Source of the DNA: Gemmatimonadota bacterium
GTDB taxonomy: Bacteria > Gemmatimonadota > Gemmatimonadetes > Palauibacterales > Palauibacteraceae
Reading direction: 5' to 3'
Assembly: GCA_963666735.1 (NCBI GenBank)
Contig: OY762926.1
Location: 448,001-512,000, forward strand
DNA length: 64,000 bases
The notes below the pieces were generated by a model that saw only the letters and a program-made list of their open reading frames with translations, made no database searches and was not told where the DNA came from. The first letter of the stretch is position 1; every line of letters starts with the position of its first letter. The position numbers and the translations under genes were made by a program. Below are positions 1 to 9,386 of the stretch, piece after piece.

Positions 1-399
1 CGCGGGCTGCTCGCCTACTTCGGGGAGGACTTCGAGGGGTGCGGCGAATCGTGCGACGTGTGCACGGGACTCGGCGTGACGGACCTCGTGGACGTGCTTC
101 CCGTCCTCAGGCGGAAGGCGCGCGCGGCGGGCTCCCGGCGGCGGATCGAGGCGGCCGGGATCGACCGGTCGCCGTCGGACCCCACCTTCCAGCACCTCCG
201 CACCCTGCGGAAGCAACTGGCGGACGCGCGCGGAGTCCCCGCCTACATCGTGTTCAGCGACCAGGTGCTGTGGGATCTGATCGACATGCGCCCCGCCTCG
301 CCCGAGGAGATGCTGCGGGTGCCCGGCATCGGCCCCGCCAAGCTCCAGCAATACGGCGAGATCTTCCTGGACGCGCTGCGCGAAGCGCGCGACGGCTGA
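1..399 (+). CDS. recQ: RecQ helicase, 3' part (Zn-binding region + HRDC domain), truncated by window start
   Basis: Frame 1 reads LLAYFGEDFEGCGESCDVC, then the HRDC motif LRTLRKQLADARGVPAYIVFSD...VPGIGPAKLQQYG. Confidence 0.9.
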   Translation, partial: RGLLAYFGEDFEGCGESCDVCTGLGVTDLVDVLPVLRRKARAAGSRRRIEAAGIDRSPSDPTFQHLRTLRKQLADARGVPAYIVFSDQVLWDLIDMRPASPEEMLRVPGIGPAKLQQYGEIFLDALREARDG

Positions 400-492
400 A
401 TTCACGATTTCGTCCAGATGACGCCGCCGCCGCAGCGCGACTCCGATCCGGCGAACTCGGCCGGCAACTGGGAGAGGCCTCGATACACCTCG

Positions 493-801
493 ATGCTTCT
501 GAAGACTGCGCTCTCCGCGGTCGTTCTGCACGGGGTCTTCACGGTCGGAATTCCGGCGCTAATCCTTCGGCACACGGGCGCAATCTCGCTGCTCGCCGTA
601 GATGTCGGGCGGTTCCGCTGGCTCGGTGCGCCACCGGGAGCCTTCGGTGTTTACCTCTATCTCTGGTCGGTCGTGCGTTTGCTGCGGAAGCGTACATTGG
701 CGGTCCCCTGCAAGGCTCCAAGCGTGCTCATGACGGACGGTCGGTACGCGCATGCCCGCCCGCGAGTGCGGCGGGACTCGCGATCCGGCCGCTCCGGGTA
801 G
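493..801 (+). pseudogene. Probable truncated isoprenylcysteine carboxylmethyltransferase/PEMT-like membrane protein
   Basis: Two hydrophobic segments, then TLAVPCKAPSVLMTDGRYAHAR, which resembles the family GTP..P..LV..GPY..VRNP region. The ORF ends before NPMY and the C-terminal half. Confidence 0.45.
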
Positions 802-809
802 CGCCGCCG

Positions 810-1643
810 ATGCCGAAGGTCTTTTTTCACGTGGGGGCGGGACGGGCGGCCTCGCGCTGGCTGCAGGAACGCGTGTTTCCGCGTTTCCGAGGCGTGCGTT
901 ACATCCCGCGCACCCGGTTTCGGCAGAGCGCGAAGGTCGTGCGGCGGGGCGGAGATCTTCCCGTTCTCGTGTCCCGACAACTCGGATACCGCGAGTTGAC
1001 GCCCGCCGTGCAGTGGTTCGCGCGCGTGGCGCCGGCGGCTCGGCCGATCCTGATCCTGCGCCGTCACGATGAGTGGCTTCGGTCGGTGTATCTCCGGGAG
1101 ATCAAGGAATTGCGGTACGTCCCGTTCGAGGCCTTCATCGACTTCGAGCGCGACGAAGGCGTCCGGCCCCGGTCCTCGGCCCTCTTCCGCGAGCGCATAC
1201 GGGTGCTCGAGGCTCATTTCGAGCATCGGCCCCTCGTCCTCTTCTTCGACCGGCTCGTCGAGGATCCGCGGGGGTTCGTTCGCACCATCGCGGACTATGT
1301 GGGCGCGGGCTACGAGGAGGCGGAGATCTCGTTCCGCCCGTCGAACCGTTCGTATCGCGAGCGGCAGTACCGGTTCCTGCGAGAAGTGGGTCGACGCTGG
1401 CCCGTGAAGCCGCGGGAAGAGCCCGCGGCCGCAGCCCTCCGCTGGCTCCGCGTGCGGTCTCGCCGTCTCGCCTGGCACGCCGGCGTCGCGCTCGGCCGCG
1501 TCGCACCGGAGCGGATCCTGAGTTCCGACCCGCTTCTCACGGAGGAACAACTCGCGCGCCCGCGTGCCTTCTACGAAGCGGACTGGCAGGCCTGCGTGGA
1601 CTACGCCCGCCGACACAACCCGGGACTCGTGGCGGCGGATTGA
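810..1643 (+). CDS. Sulfotransferase-like (P-loop fold) protein
   Basis: N-terminal FFHVGAGRAASRWLQ resembles the HIGxxKTGSTxLQ PAPS motif. ILILRRHDEWLRSVY resembles the 3'-PB motif. Confidence 0.55.
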   Translation: MPKVFFHVGAGRAASRWLQERVFPRFRGVRYIPRTRFRQSAKVVRRGGDLPVLVSRQLGYRELTPAVQWFARVAPAARPILILRRHDEWLRSVYLREIKELRYVPFEAFIDFERDEGVRPRSSALFRERIRVLEAHFEHRPLVLFFDRLVEDPRGFVRTIADYVGAGYEEAEISFRPSNRSYRERQYRFLREVGRRWPVKPREEPAAAALRWLRVRSRRLAWHAGVALGRVAPERILSSDPLLTEEQLARPRAFYEADWQACVDYARRHNPGLVAAD

Positions 1644-1739
1644 CCGGACGCCGAAGACGGCGGCGGACTCGCCGCATCCGAGCGCGCCCCACAGATTTCC
1701 GCCCCTGTGATCCGTTGCTGACGACTTTCCGGAGGACGC

Positions 1740-2189
1740 ATGCCCCGACCACGGTTCGTTATGCCCCGCGTTGCCCCAGCCCTGCTGGCCCTCGGGTGGC
1801 TGGCGACCGGCCCGATACCCGCCGCCGCGCAGGAGCGCTTTCCCGACCCTCCTCCGGAACACGGTCTGTATTCGGATGCGGTGCGGGTGGGGGATCTCGT
1901 CTTTCTCGCGGGCGTCGTGAACCGCGATCCCGATCCCGCCACCCAGTTCCGCAACACCTTCCGCCGGATCGGCCAGATTCTCGAGGATGCCGGGTCGAGC
2001 CTCGAGCGAGTGATCGACATCACGACCTATCACCTCGACATGCACGTCCACATCGATGCCTTCATCGAGGTCAAGGACGAGTTCCTGCCCGAGCTCCCGT
2101 CATGGACGGCCGTGGGGGTGGCGGAACTGTACAGCCCCGGCGTGCTGATAGAGGTCAAGGTGATTGCCGCGGTGGATGACGATGGCTGA
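1740..2189 (+). CDS. Rid (YjgF/YER057c/UK114) family protein with signal peptide
   Basis: GGAGG RBS, AAAAQ signal cleavage site, YSDAVRVGDLVFLAG, PSWTAVGV, LIEVKVIA. Confidence 0.85.
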   Translation: MPRPRFVMPRVAPALLALGWLATGPIPAAAQERFPDPPPEHGLYSDAVRVGDLVFLAGVVNRDPDPATQFRNTFRRIGQILEDAGSSLERVIDITTYHLDMHVHIDAFIEVKDEFLPELPSWTAVGVAELYSPGVLIEVKVIAAVDDDG

Positions 2190-4188
2190 CCGCCGGCCCG
2201 TGGTTGCGCCTCGCGTCCGCTGGCTCGTGCTCTGCCTGGGGCTTGGCCTCGGGTCCACGCTCCCGGGCTGCGGCAGAGATGAAGCCGACAGCCGTGCCGC
2301 CGAGGGGGCGGAACCGGCAGCCGTGTACGCGGGCGACGACTGGCCGGTGTACGGCGGCGATCCGGGGGGTCTCAAGTATTCCTCCCTCACGGATATCGAC
2401 CGCTCGAACGTGGCCGAACTCGAGGCAGCCTGGGTCTGGGAGACGGGAGAAGAGCCGATTCCCGACGCGGCGAGCCCCATCCAGGGCGAGCGCGTGGCGC
2501 CGGGAGCCTTCGAGGCGACACCGATCGTCATCAACGACACCATGTGGCTCTCGACTCCCTACAGCCGCGTCGTCGCCCTGGACGCGGAGACGGGAGAGGA
2601 GTTCTGGAGCTACGACCCCAAGGCGTGGGAGTGGGGGAACCTCCACCGCGGCTGCCGCTTCTGTCACCGCGGCATCGCGCAGTGGAGCAACGGAAACGAG
2701 CGGCGGATATTTCTCAACTCGCGCTGGCGGCTGATTGCGCTCGACGCCGGCACCGGGGCACCGATTCCCCAGTTCGGGGATGGAGGCGAGGTCGACCTGA
2801 CGGAAGGACTCGCTTGGGATGCGAACCGGCTGCACATCTCCAACACGTCGCCCGCCGTCGTGTACGACGACATCGTGATCGTGGGCAGCGGCGTTCCGGA
2901 CAACCGGATCTACCGCAACAACCCGCCCGGCGACGTGCAGGCGTTCGACGCGCGCACCGGCGAACTGCTCTGGACCTTCCACACTATCCCCAAGGAGGGC
3001 GAGTTCGGGGTCGAGACGTGGGAGGACGAGTCGTGGTCCTACACCGGCTCGGCGAACGTGTGGGCGCCGTTCTCGCTCGACCCCGAGCGGGGACTCCTCT
3101 ACCTGCCCGTCTCCACGCCGAACAACGATTTCTACGGCGGGCACCGGCGGGGGCAGAACCTGTTCGCGGAGTCGCTCGTGTGCCTCGATGCGCGGACGGG
3201 CGAGCGCGTGTGGCACTTCCAGACCGTACACCACGGGCTGTGGGACTATGACCTGCCCGCGCCGCCCGGTCTTGTGACGATCGAGGTCGGCGGGCGCGAG
3301 ATCGACGCGGTCGTGGCGGTGGGGAAGACGGCCTTCACGTACGTGCTGGACCGCGAGACCGGCGAGCCGGTGTGGCCCGTCGAGGAGCGCGCGGTGCCGG
3401 AGAGCACGGTTCCCGGCGAGGTGCCGTGGCCGACCCAGCCGTTCCCGACGCGGCCCGCCCCGTTCTCCCGGCAGGGGATCACGGAAGATGACCTCATCGA
3501 CTTCACGCCCGAACTGAGGGCGGAGGCGCTGGAAGTCTTCCACCGTCACCGGACCGGGCCGATCTTCACCCCACCCTCCGTCGACGGGACGATCATGATG
3601 CCGGGCCTCATCGGCGGGGCGGGGTGGGGCGGCGCGGCCATCGACCCCGAAAGCGGCCATATGTTCGTGAAGGCGTACGACGATCCCTTCCTCGCGCGCG
3701 TCGCCGAGGTGGAGCCGGGGTCCGGGGACGCCGATTATCTGCCGAACTTCGCGAGCAGCCTCTCGGTGGCCGGCAGTCTTCCGATCCTCAAGCCGCCGTA
3801 CGGAACGATCACGGCGATCGATCTCAACACGGGAGACCACCTGTGGCAGCGTCCGTTCGGGGATGACTCCGCGATCCGGGCCCATCCGGCGTTGGCGGGA
3901 CTCGACCTCCCGCCCATGGGGGGCACGCCGCAGAGCCACGGCACGACATCGGGGCCGCTGGCGACGGCGGGCGGTGTCGTGTTCCTCGCGGGTGGAACGC
4001 CGTGGCTGGAGGCGATGGACGTGAGCGACGGCGAGACGTTGTGGCGAGGGGGCCTGGCCGGGGGGTTGGGGCGCGGCAATCCGATGACCTATCGCACCCG
4101 GTCCGGGCGGCAGTTCGTTGTCGTCGCCACCTCCGCCGACGGACAAGTCGACTCGAAGCTGCAGGCGTTCGCCCTGCCGACCCGATGA
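2176..4188 (+). CDS. PQQ-dependent dehydrogenase (quinoprotein glucose dehydrogenase family), lipoprotein
   Basis: Lipobox LPGC, DWPVYGGD..GLKYS, FEATP, WHFQTVHHGLWDYDLPAPP, NPMTY. Start at 2176 or 2182. Confidence 0.9.
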   Translation: MTMADRRPVVAPRVRWLVLCLGLGLGSTLPGCGRDEADSRAAEGAEPAAVYAGDDWPVYGGDPGGLKYSSLTDIDRSNVAELEAAWVWETGEEPIPDAASPIQGERVAPGAFEATPIVINDTMWLSTPYSRVVALDAETGEEFWSYDPKAWEWGNLHRGCRFCHRGIAQWSNGNERRIFLNSRWRLIALDAGTGAPIPQFGDGGEVDLTEGLAWDANRLHISNTSPAVVYDDIVIVGSGVPDNRIYRNNPPGDVQAFDARTGELLWTFHTIPKEGEFGVETWEDESWSYTGSANVWAPFSLDPERGLLYLPVSTPNNDFYGGHRRGQNLFAESLVCLDARTGERVWHFQTVHHGLWDYDLPAPPGLVTIEVGGREIDAVVAVGKTAFTYVLDRETGEPVWPVEERAVPESTVPGEVPWPTQPFPTRPAPFSRQGITEDDLIDFTPELRAEALEVFHRHRTGPIFTPPSVDGTIMMPGLIGGAGWGGAAIDPESGHMFVKAYDDPFLARVAEVEPGSGDADYLPNFASSLSVAGSLPILKPPYGTITAIDLNTGDHLWQRPFGDDSAIRAHPALAGLDLPPMGGTPQSHGTTSGPLATAGGVVFLAGGTPWLEAMDVSDGETLWRGGLAGGLGRGNPMTYRTRSGRQFVVVATSADGQVDSKLQAFALPTR

Positions 4189-5345
4189 GCGCGCACCCGT
4201 GGGGCGGAGCCGCCCGCGCCGCGGTGCTGGCCATCGCCGTTGCTCCTCTGGTCGCGACCTTGGCGCCCGCCCGCGGTTTGAGCGGGTCGCAGGAGCGAAC
4301 ATTCCGGCCGCTCCGACCCCTCGGCGCCGCAACGCACCTCACGGCGTCCGTCCACTTGGGCGATGTGGACGGCGACGGCGCGCTCGACATCGTGGTGGCC
4401 AACGGACGGCACTGGCCCGAGCAGAACCGGATCTTCCTCAACGACGGGCGTGGCGGCTTCGCGCTGGCCCGGCCACTGGGGGACGAGGAGGACGGTACCT
4501 ACGCGGCCCCGCTGGCGGATTTCGACGGGGACGGCGACCTCGACATCGCCACGGGGAACGACCGGACCCGGAACCTCATCTTCTTCAACGACGGCGCCGG
4601 CCACTTCGAGCGGGGCCCGATCTTCGGCGCTCCGAGCTCGACGCGCAGCCTCACGCTCGCGGACCTGGACGGGGACGGGCACACGGACATCCTCGTGGTC
4701 AATCGAGGTCGCCGGAACTTCATCTTCCGGGGAGATGGGAAGGGTGCGTTCGACGAGGGAACGCCGTTCGGGGCAGGGGACGATTCCACGATCGATGTCG
4801 CCGCGGCGGACCTGGACGGGGACGGAGACCTCGATCTCGTGCTCGCGAACCGCGACGGAGGGGCGAACGCGATCCACTGGAACGACGGGGGAGCGTTAGA
4901 CCGGCAAACGCCGTACGGCACAGGCGCCGACGAGACGCGAGGCGTGGCCGTGGGGGATGTGAGCGGCGATGGCCTGCCCGACATCGTCGTGGCCAACATC
5001 GGCGAGGCGAACGCCGTGTACCCCGGCGCCGGGGGCGGCTCCTTCGCTCGAGGGCATCCGTTCGGGCGCGAAGGCGACCAGAGCTTCGCGGTTCGCCTCG
5101 CCGATCTGGACCTCGATGGAGATCTCGACATCGTCGTCGCCAACGCCGGCGCGCAGAACGCCGTCTACTTCAACCGGGGCGGGGAACTCGAGGAGTTCCG
5201 CTTCGGCTGCGGCGACTGCGCCACCTACGGGATCGCGGTCGGCGACCTGAACGGCGACGGCTTCCCGGACATCGTCACGGCGAACTCCGGAGCGCCGAAC
5301 GGGGTCTTCGCCAACGTCCCCGCCGGAACAGGCGGTCCCCGCTAG
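4185..5345 (+). CDS. Secreted FG-GAP/VCBS repeat beta-propeller protein
   Basis: Seven (G/A)DxxxDGxxD(I/L) repeats and a signal peptide. ATGA overlap with the upstream gene. Confidence 0.9.
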   Translation: MSAHPWGGAARAAVLAIAVAPLVATLAPARGLSGSQERTFRPLRPLGAATHLTASVHLGDVDGDGALDIVVANGRHWPEQNRIFLNDGRGGFALARPLGDEEDGTYAAPLADFDGDGDLDIATGNDRTRNLIFFNDGAGHFERGPIFGAPSSTRSLTLADLDGDGHTDILVVNRGRRNFIFRGDGKGAFDEGTPFGAGDDSTIDVAAADLDGDGDLDLVLANRDGGANAIHWNDGGALDRQTPYGTGADETRGVAVGDVSGDGLPDIVVANIGEANAVYPGAGGGSFARGHPFGREGDQSFAVRLADLDLDGDLDIVVANAGAQNAVYFNRGGELEEFRFGCGDCATYGIAVGDLNGDGFPDIVTANSGAPNGVFANVPAGTGGPR

Positions 5346-5408
5346 CTGCCGGTCGCGTTACAGCTTGCCATCCCTCTTCCCGCCGGGCATTTTGATCTGA
5401 CATTCTCG

Positions 5409-5430
5409 AATGAGAATGATTCTCATTATC
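5409..5430. promoter_or_regulatory. Fur box
   Basis: Perfect 9-1-9 palindrome AATGAGAAT-G-ATTCTCATT at 5409-5427. Bases 5412-5430 (GAGAATGATTCTCATTATC) match the GATAATGATAATCATTATC consensus at 16/19. Confidence 0.85.
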
Positions 5431-5456
5431 ACTCTCGATGGACAAGATGGAGACCG

Positions 5457-6438
5457 ATGCCGAACGGATCACGGGCGCCCCTCGCCGCCCTGGGATTGCT
5501 CTGGATGTTGAGCGGGTGTGCGTCCGCACGTGGACCGCAGTCCGCCGTCGAACCGGCCTCCCGCCCGGGGCGCGCCGGAGTTGCGCCCGAATCGGGGCTT
5601 CGGCCCGGGATCCTCGTCATGGCGCACGGGGGTGGGGCGGAGTGGAACGGACGGGTCGAGGACGCCCTGCGGCCGCTCCGCGACCGGGTCCCCGTATCCC
5701 TGGCGCTGGGGATGGCCGACGATGCAGTCCGCGCTCGACGCCCTGGCGGACCGGGGCGTGAGCACGGTGGCGGTCGTGAGGCTGTTCGTTTCCGGGGCGT
5801 CGTTCCTGCATCCGGCGGAGTTCCTGCTCGGCCTTCGCTCCGACCCGCCGGAGCGCGCGATGGTGGGGCATCGGATGGTGAGCGGGGCGGAACTCGATCC
5901 ACTCGCGAGTAGCGGCCGGATCCTGTTGGAGCGGGATGGACTGGGAGGATCCGGCCAGGCGGCTCGCATCCTGGTCGACAGGGCCGCGACCGCCGGAGTA
6001 CCCGCCGCCGAGAGCGGCGTGCTGCTGCTCGCCCATGGCATGGGGGATGAAGGCGAGGATCGACAGGTGCTCCGCTCCATGGAGGATGCGGCGCGGGCCC
6101 TGCGGGCCGGCGGCTACGCGGAAGTCCACGTCGGCACGCTGAGAGAAGACTGGGCCGGCGCGAGGGAAGCGGCGGAGGAGCGGATCAGGTCGCTGGTCGC
6201 CGGCATGGGAGGGCGTCACCGGCACGTCCTCGTGATCCCGTACCGCCTGTCCGGTTTCGACCCCTGCGCCGACGTGCTGGAAGGTCTCGAGTACGTCCCC
6301 ACGGAAGGCTTCCTGCCGCATCCCCTGATCACCGACTGGATCGCGGAACGGGCGACGGCGCGTTTCTGCGCCACCGGTCTCGTCTCACCGCTCGGATCCT
6401 GTGCGGTCTCCGCGGGCGGCCCCGGTCAGCCGCAGTAG
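5457..6438 (+). pseudogene. CbiX/sirohydrochlorin-chelatase-like lipoprotein, frameshifted near 5721
   Basis: Frame A has lipobox LSGC, ILVMAHGG and LALGMAD. Frame B continues MQSALDAL..VAVVRLFVS, LLLAHGMG, TLREDW, LPHPLITDW. The two His-containing CbiX halves lie in different frames. Confidence 0.7.
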
Positions 6439-7598
6439 TCGGCCGCCGCCTCGGCGAGGATCTCGGCCAGTCTCGCGCACGACTCGAGGTCCACCCACTC
6501 CACGTCGGCGTGCGCGCCCGCGCCATGCGGGCCGAAAACGACGCTGTCGACGCCTGCGGCCTGTGTCAGTGCGGAGTCCATCCAGGGGGCATCTCCGATG
6601 ACCTCCGGGTTCCGGCCGAGGACGGCGCGGGCGGCGCGCGATACGCAGGCCGCGATAGGTGCCTCCGGCGTCGTCTCGAAGGGCTCGCGGTGGAAGAAGG
6701 TCGACCAGGCGACCTCGAGCGACGGGTCCTCCGCCCGGAGATCCTCGAGCATGGCCGCGATCTCGTCTTCAATGGACTCGCGGGTCTCGGGCGGCACGGT
6801 GCGCCGCTCGACCCGAAGCGTACAGCGCGCGGAGTAGGTGCTGATCCCGCTTCCGCCCCCCAGCAGCGCTGCGTGCATCGAGGGGGGACCGAGGAGGGGG
6901 TGGCCCGGCCGGGACCGGAGGTCCTCGATCAACGTCTCCAGCCGGTGCAGGACGCGTCCCATTCTCAGGTTCGCGTCCACGCCTTCCCGGTACCGGCTCC
7001 CGTGGGCCGCCCGACCGCGGGTCGTGATCTCGATCCACGTGAACCCGCGATGGGCCACGCACAGATCCAGCGACGTGGGCTCGGTGACGATCGCGGCGTC
7101 GAAGGCGAGGTCCCCGCGTGCGCGCCGTTCGAGCAGATCCGCGGTGCCCAGGCTCGCGTATTCCTCGTCGGCGACCGCGGCCACGAGGACATCCCCGGCC
7201 AGGCGCGTGCCCGATCCGCCGAGGAGCCGGGCGGCCTCGATGCAGGCGGCGAGCGCCCCCTTCATGTCGTAGGCCCCCCGTCCGTAGAGCCGCCCGTCCC
7301 GGATGCTCGGCGAAAACGGCGCCTCCATGCCCTCCACGCCCACCGTGTCATAGTGGGCGTTCAGCATCAGCGCCGGCCCGTCCCCCGCGCCCGCGAGGCG
7401 CCCGACGACGCTCGGCCGGCCCGCCTCGGGCTCGTACCGCGCCACGTCCAGGCCCGCCTCGCGCATGTGCCTCGACGTCAGGCGGGCAATCTCCGTTTCA
7501 CCCGGCGCCCCTTCCACGAGGGTCGGGTTCACCGAGTCGATGGCGACGAGATCCGCGAGGATGGTCGCGAGGCGCAGAGGATCGGCGGAGAAGCTCAT
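6426..7598 (-). CDS. M20 family ArgE/DapE-type deacylase
   Basis: LMLNAHYDTV, YGRGAYDMKG, ADEE, GRAAHGS, GAHADVE. Confidence 0.9.
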   Translation of the reverse strand: MSFSADPLRLATILADLVAIDSVNPTLVEGAPGETEIARLTSRHMREAGLDVARYEPEAGRPSVVGRLAGAGDGPALMLNAHYDTVGVEGMEAPFSPSIRDGRLYGRGAYDMKGALAACIEAARLLGGSGTRLAGDVLVAAVADEEYASLGTADLLERRARGDLAFDAAIVTEPTSLDLCVAHRGFTWIEITTRGRAAHGSRYREGVDANLRMGRVLHRLETLIEDLRSRPGHPLLGPPSMHAALLGGGSGISTYSARCTLRVERRTVPPETRESIEDEIAAMLEDLRAEDPSLEVAWSTFFHREPFETTPEAPIAACVSRAARAVLGRNPEVIGDAPWMDSALTQAAGVDSVVFGPHGAGAHADVEWVDLESCARLAEILAEAAADYCG

Positions 7599-7660
7599 CC
7601 CGCAAAATGTCCTGCCGAGAGGTCGGGACAAGTGCCAGGACACGTGCAGCGCGCCTCGCC

Positions 7661-7945
7661 TCAGGGGCTCGGGAGGCGCTTGATCTCCCTTCGGCCGGCC
7701 GCCACGCCGGTACCGACCCCGATCCCGAACAGAACGGCCGTCAGGGGAGTCACGAATGGCAGGATCGCGGCCAGCAATCCAACACCCCAGCCCGCGAGCC
7801 CGGCCACGAGCGGGACACCGCGCCGGTGAACGCCGTCCACGAAGCGCAGCCTTCCGCGCACGAACCGCTTCATCGTTATGTAGCCGCCGACCGAACCGGC
7901 GCCGGCGATGGCGACCCAGAGAAAATTCCCGATGAACTCGAGCAT
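7661..7945 (-). CDS. Small membrane protein (94 aa), function unknown
   Basis: GGAGGTG RBS, MLEFIGNFLW start, about three hydrophobic segments. Confidence 0.75.
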   Translation of the reverse strand: MLEFIGNFLWVAIAGAGSVGGYITMKRFVRGRLRFVDGVHRRGVPLVAGLAGWGVGLLAAILPFVTPLTAVLFGIGVGTGVAAGRREIKRLPSP

Positions 7946-7967
7946 GTAACACCTCCCGCACAGCCTG

Positions 7968-7994
7968 TACGCCCTCCATCCCGGGGCGGTTTCA
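7968..7994 (-). promoter_or_regulatory. Putative ECF-sigma promoter TGAAAC-N17-CGTA
   Basis: Minus strand, directly upstream of the RBS of the gene starting at 7945. Resembles the SigW-type consensus. Confidence 0.55.
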
Positions 7995-8063
7995 GCAGCC
8001 TGGCCGCCTTGTACTATGTTGCCGACGTTCGAACCCAGCCACGGAGATGGAGATGAACGCAAA

Positions 8064-8486
8064 ATGAACACGGACGGAATCCAGGTCCGGTGGGACGGCG
8101 GGCTCAAGTTCAGCGCCGGCCGAGCCGGCCACGAGACGCGAATCGACGGAGACGAGGGCGTCGCCCCCAGCCCGGTCGCCCTGATGGTGGAATCCGTCGC
8201 CGCCTGTGCCGCGATCGACGTCGTCGTCATCCTGCAGAAGGGACGCCAGGCACTCACCGGGCTCTCGGTCCGGGCGAGAGCCCGCAGGGCGGAGGCCGCG
8301 CCGCGCTACGTGAAGGGTCTCCGGTTCGACTTTCATGTTTCCGGCAACGTGGACGAAGCCAAGGCTCGGCGGGCCGTCATGCTCTCGTTCGAGCGCTACT
8401 GCTCGGTCTACCATTCGCTCCGGCAGGACATGGAGCTCGAATGGACGCTGACCCTCGACGGCGAGTCCGACGGCGGGCAGGATTGA
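8064..8486 (+). CDS. OsmC family protein (YhfA-like)
   Basis: SPVALMVESVAACAAIDVVVIL and ERYCSVYHSL. Confidence 0.9.
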   Translation: MNTDGIQVRWDGGLKFSAGRAGHETRIDGDEGVAPSPVALMVESVAACAAIDVVVILQKGRQALTGLSVRARARRAEAAPRYVKGLRFDFHVSGNVDEAKARRAVMLSFERYCSVYHSLRQDMELEWTLTLDGESDGGQD

Positions 8487-9320
8487 CTATTCGAAGGGGT
8501 CGGGAAGTTCCCCGGCCCAGTCCAGGAAGCCCGGCCCGTCCGGCGTCCAGACCACGATCGCGCCGCAGGTCGAACCCGTACGCATGAACTCCATCGGCGT
8601 CTCGACGTCCCGCCTGTAGACTTCGACCGCGCCGAGAACGTCCCTCTCGAGATCGTCGAACTGCATCCCCGCCTGGTACATCCCGTCCAGGTAGAGCGCC
8701 GGTGGACACCGGAGCCGAGCGCCCTCGCCGAGGAAGATCTCCGCTCTCCCGTACTCGATGCGGCCCACGGAGACGTTCGGCAGGCCGCGCAGGAGGTCGC
8801 TGGGAAGACGCGGGTTCCGGTTGATGATGTCCCGCGGAGTGAAGAAGGTCCCGAACCCCTTTTCCAGGCGCTCCACGAAGCCGGCCAGGTTCCGCGCGCG
8901 CCGGGTCTGCCGCACCTCGACCGTGAGATCCGCAATGCGAATGACCGTGCGCGACAGGGTGAGCGTGACGCGGGTCGTCTGGTCCGGCGCGAGGTCGATG
9001 AGCGTGTGGCCGGCCTCATAGCCGATGAACCGCACCTCGATCGAGTCCCTGCCGGCCCACGTCCGAGGGATGCGGAAGTTGCCTTCGGCGTCCGTGGTCG
9101 CCCCGTACCCGGATCCCATGAGGATGACGATGGCGCCCTCGACCGGGAGTCCGGTCGAAGCGCTGGCGACATGGCCGACCAGTTCCGCCGTGCGGCGGTC
9201 CTCCGTCTCCTGCTCCTCCTGCGCCAGAGTCGAACCCGGCGAACCCGCCAGCACGGCTCCCGCGAGGAGGGTCAGCGCCGCCAAGCGGGCGCATCGACTT
9301 CCCGACTCCAATGCACTCAT
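8487..9320 (-). CDS. Secreted protein with carboxypeptidase-regulatory-like domain and TonB plug-like domain
   Basis: Signal peptide, TTDAEGNFRI, VRFIGY, DLLRGLPNV, YLDG, AVEVYR, CGAIVVWT. No beta-barrel. Confidence 0.8.
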   Translation of the reverse strand: MSALESGSRCARLAALTLLAGAVLAGSPGSTLAQEEQETEDRRTAELVGHVASASTGLPVEGAIVILMGSGYGATTDAEGNFRIPRTWAGRDSIEVRFIGYEAGHTLIDLAPDQTTRVTLTLSRTVIRIADLTVEVRQTRRARNLAGFVERLEKGFGTFFTPRDIINRNPRLPSDLLRGLPNVSVGRIEYGRAEIFLGEGARLRCPPALYLDGMYQAGMQFDDLERDVLGAVEVYRRDVETPMEFMRTGSTCGAIVVWTPDGPGFLDWAGELPDPFE

Positions 9321-9386
9321 GTGGCCCCCTGGCCGAGTCCGGCTCTCCCTTGGATTAACGCTTTCTGCCGCCCGAAAGATACGGCT

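Noticed and set aside
3241..3252. WDYD as a lanthanide-binding DxD signature
   Set aside because: DxD at this position is normal in glucose-dehydrogenase-type quinoproteins, so it is not diagnostic.
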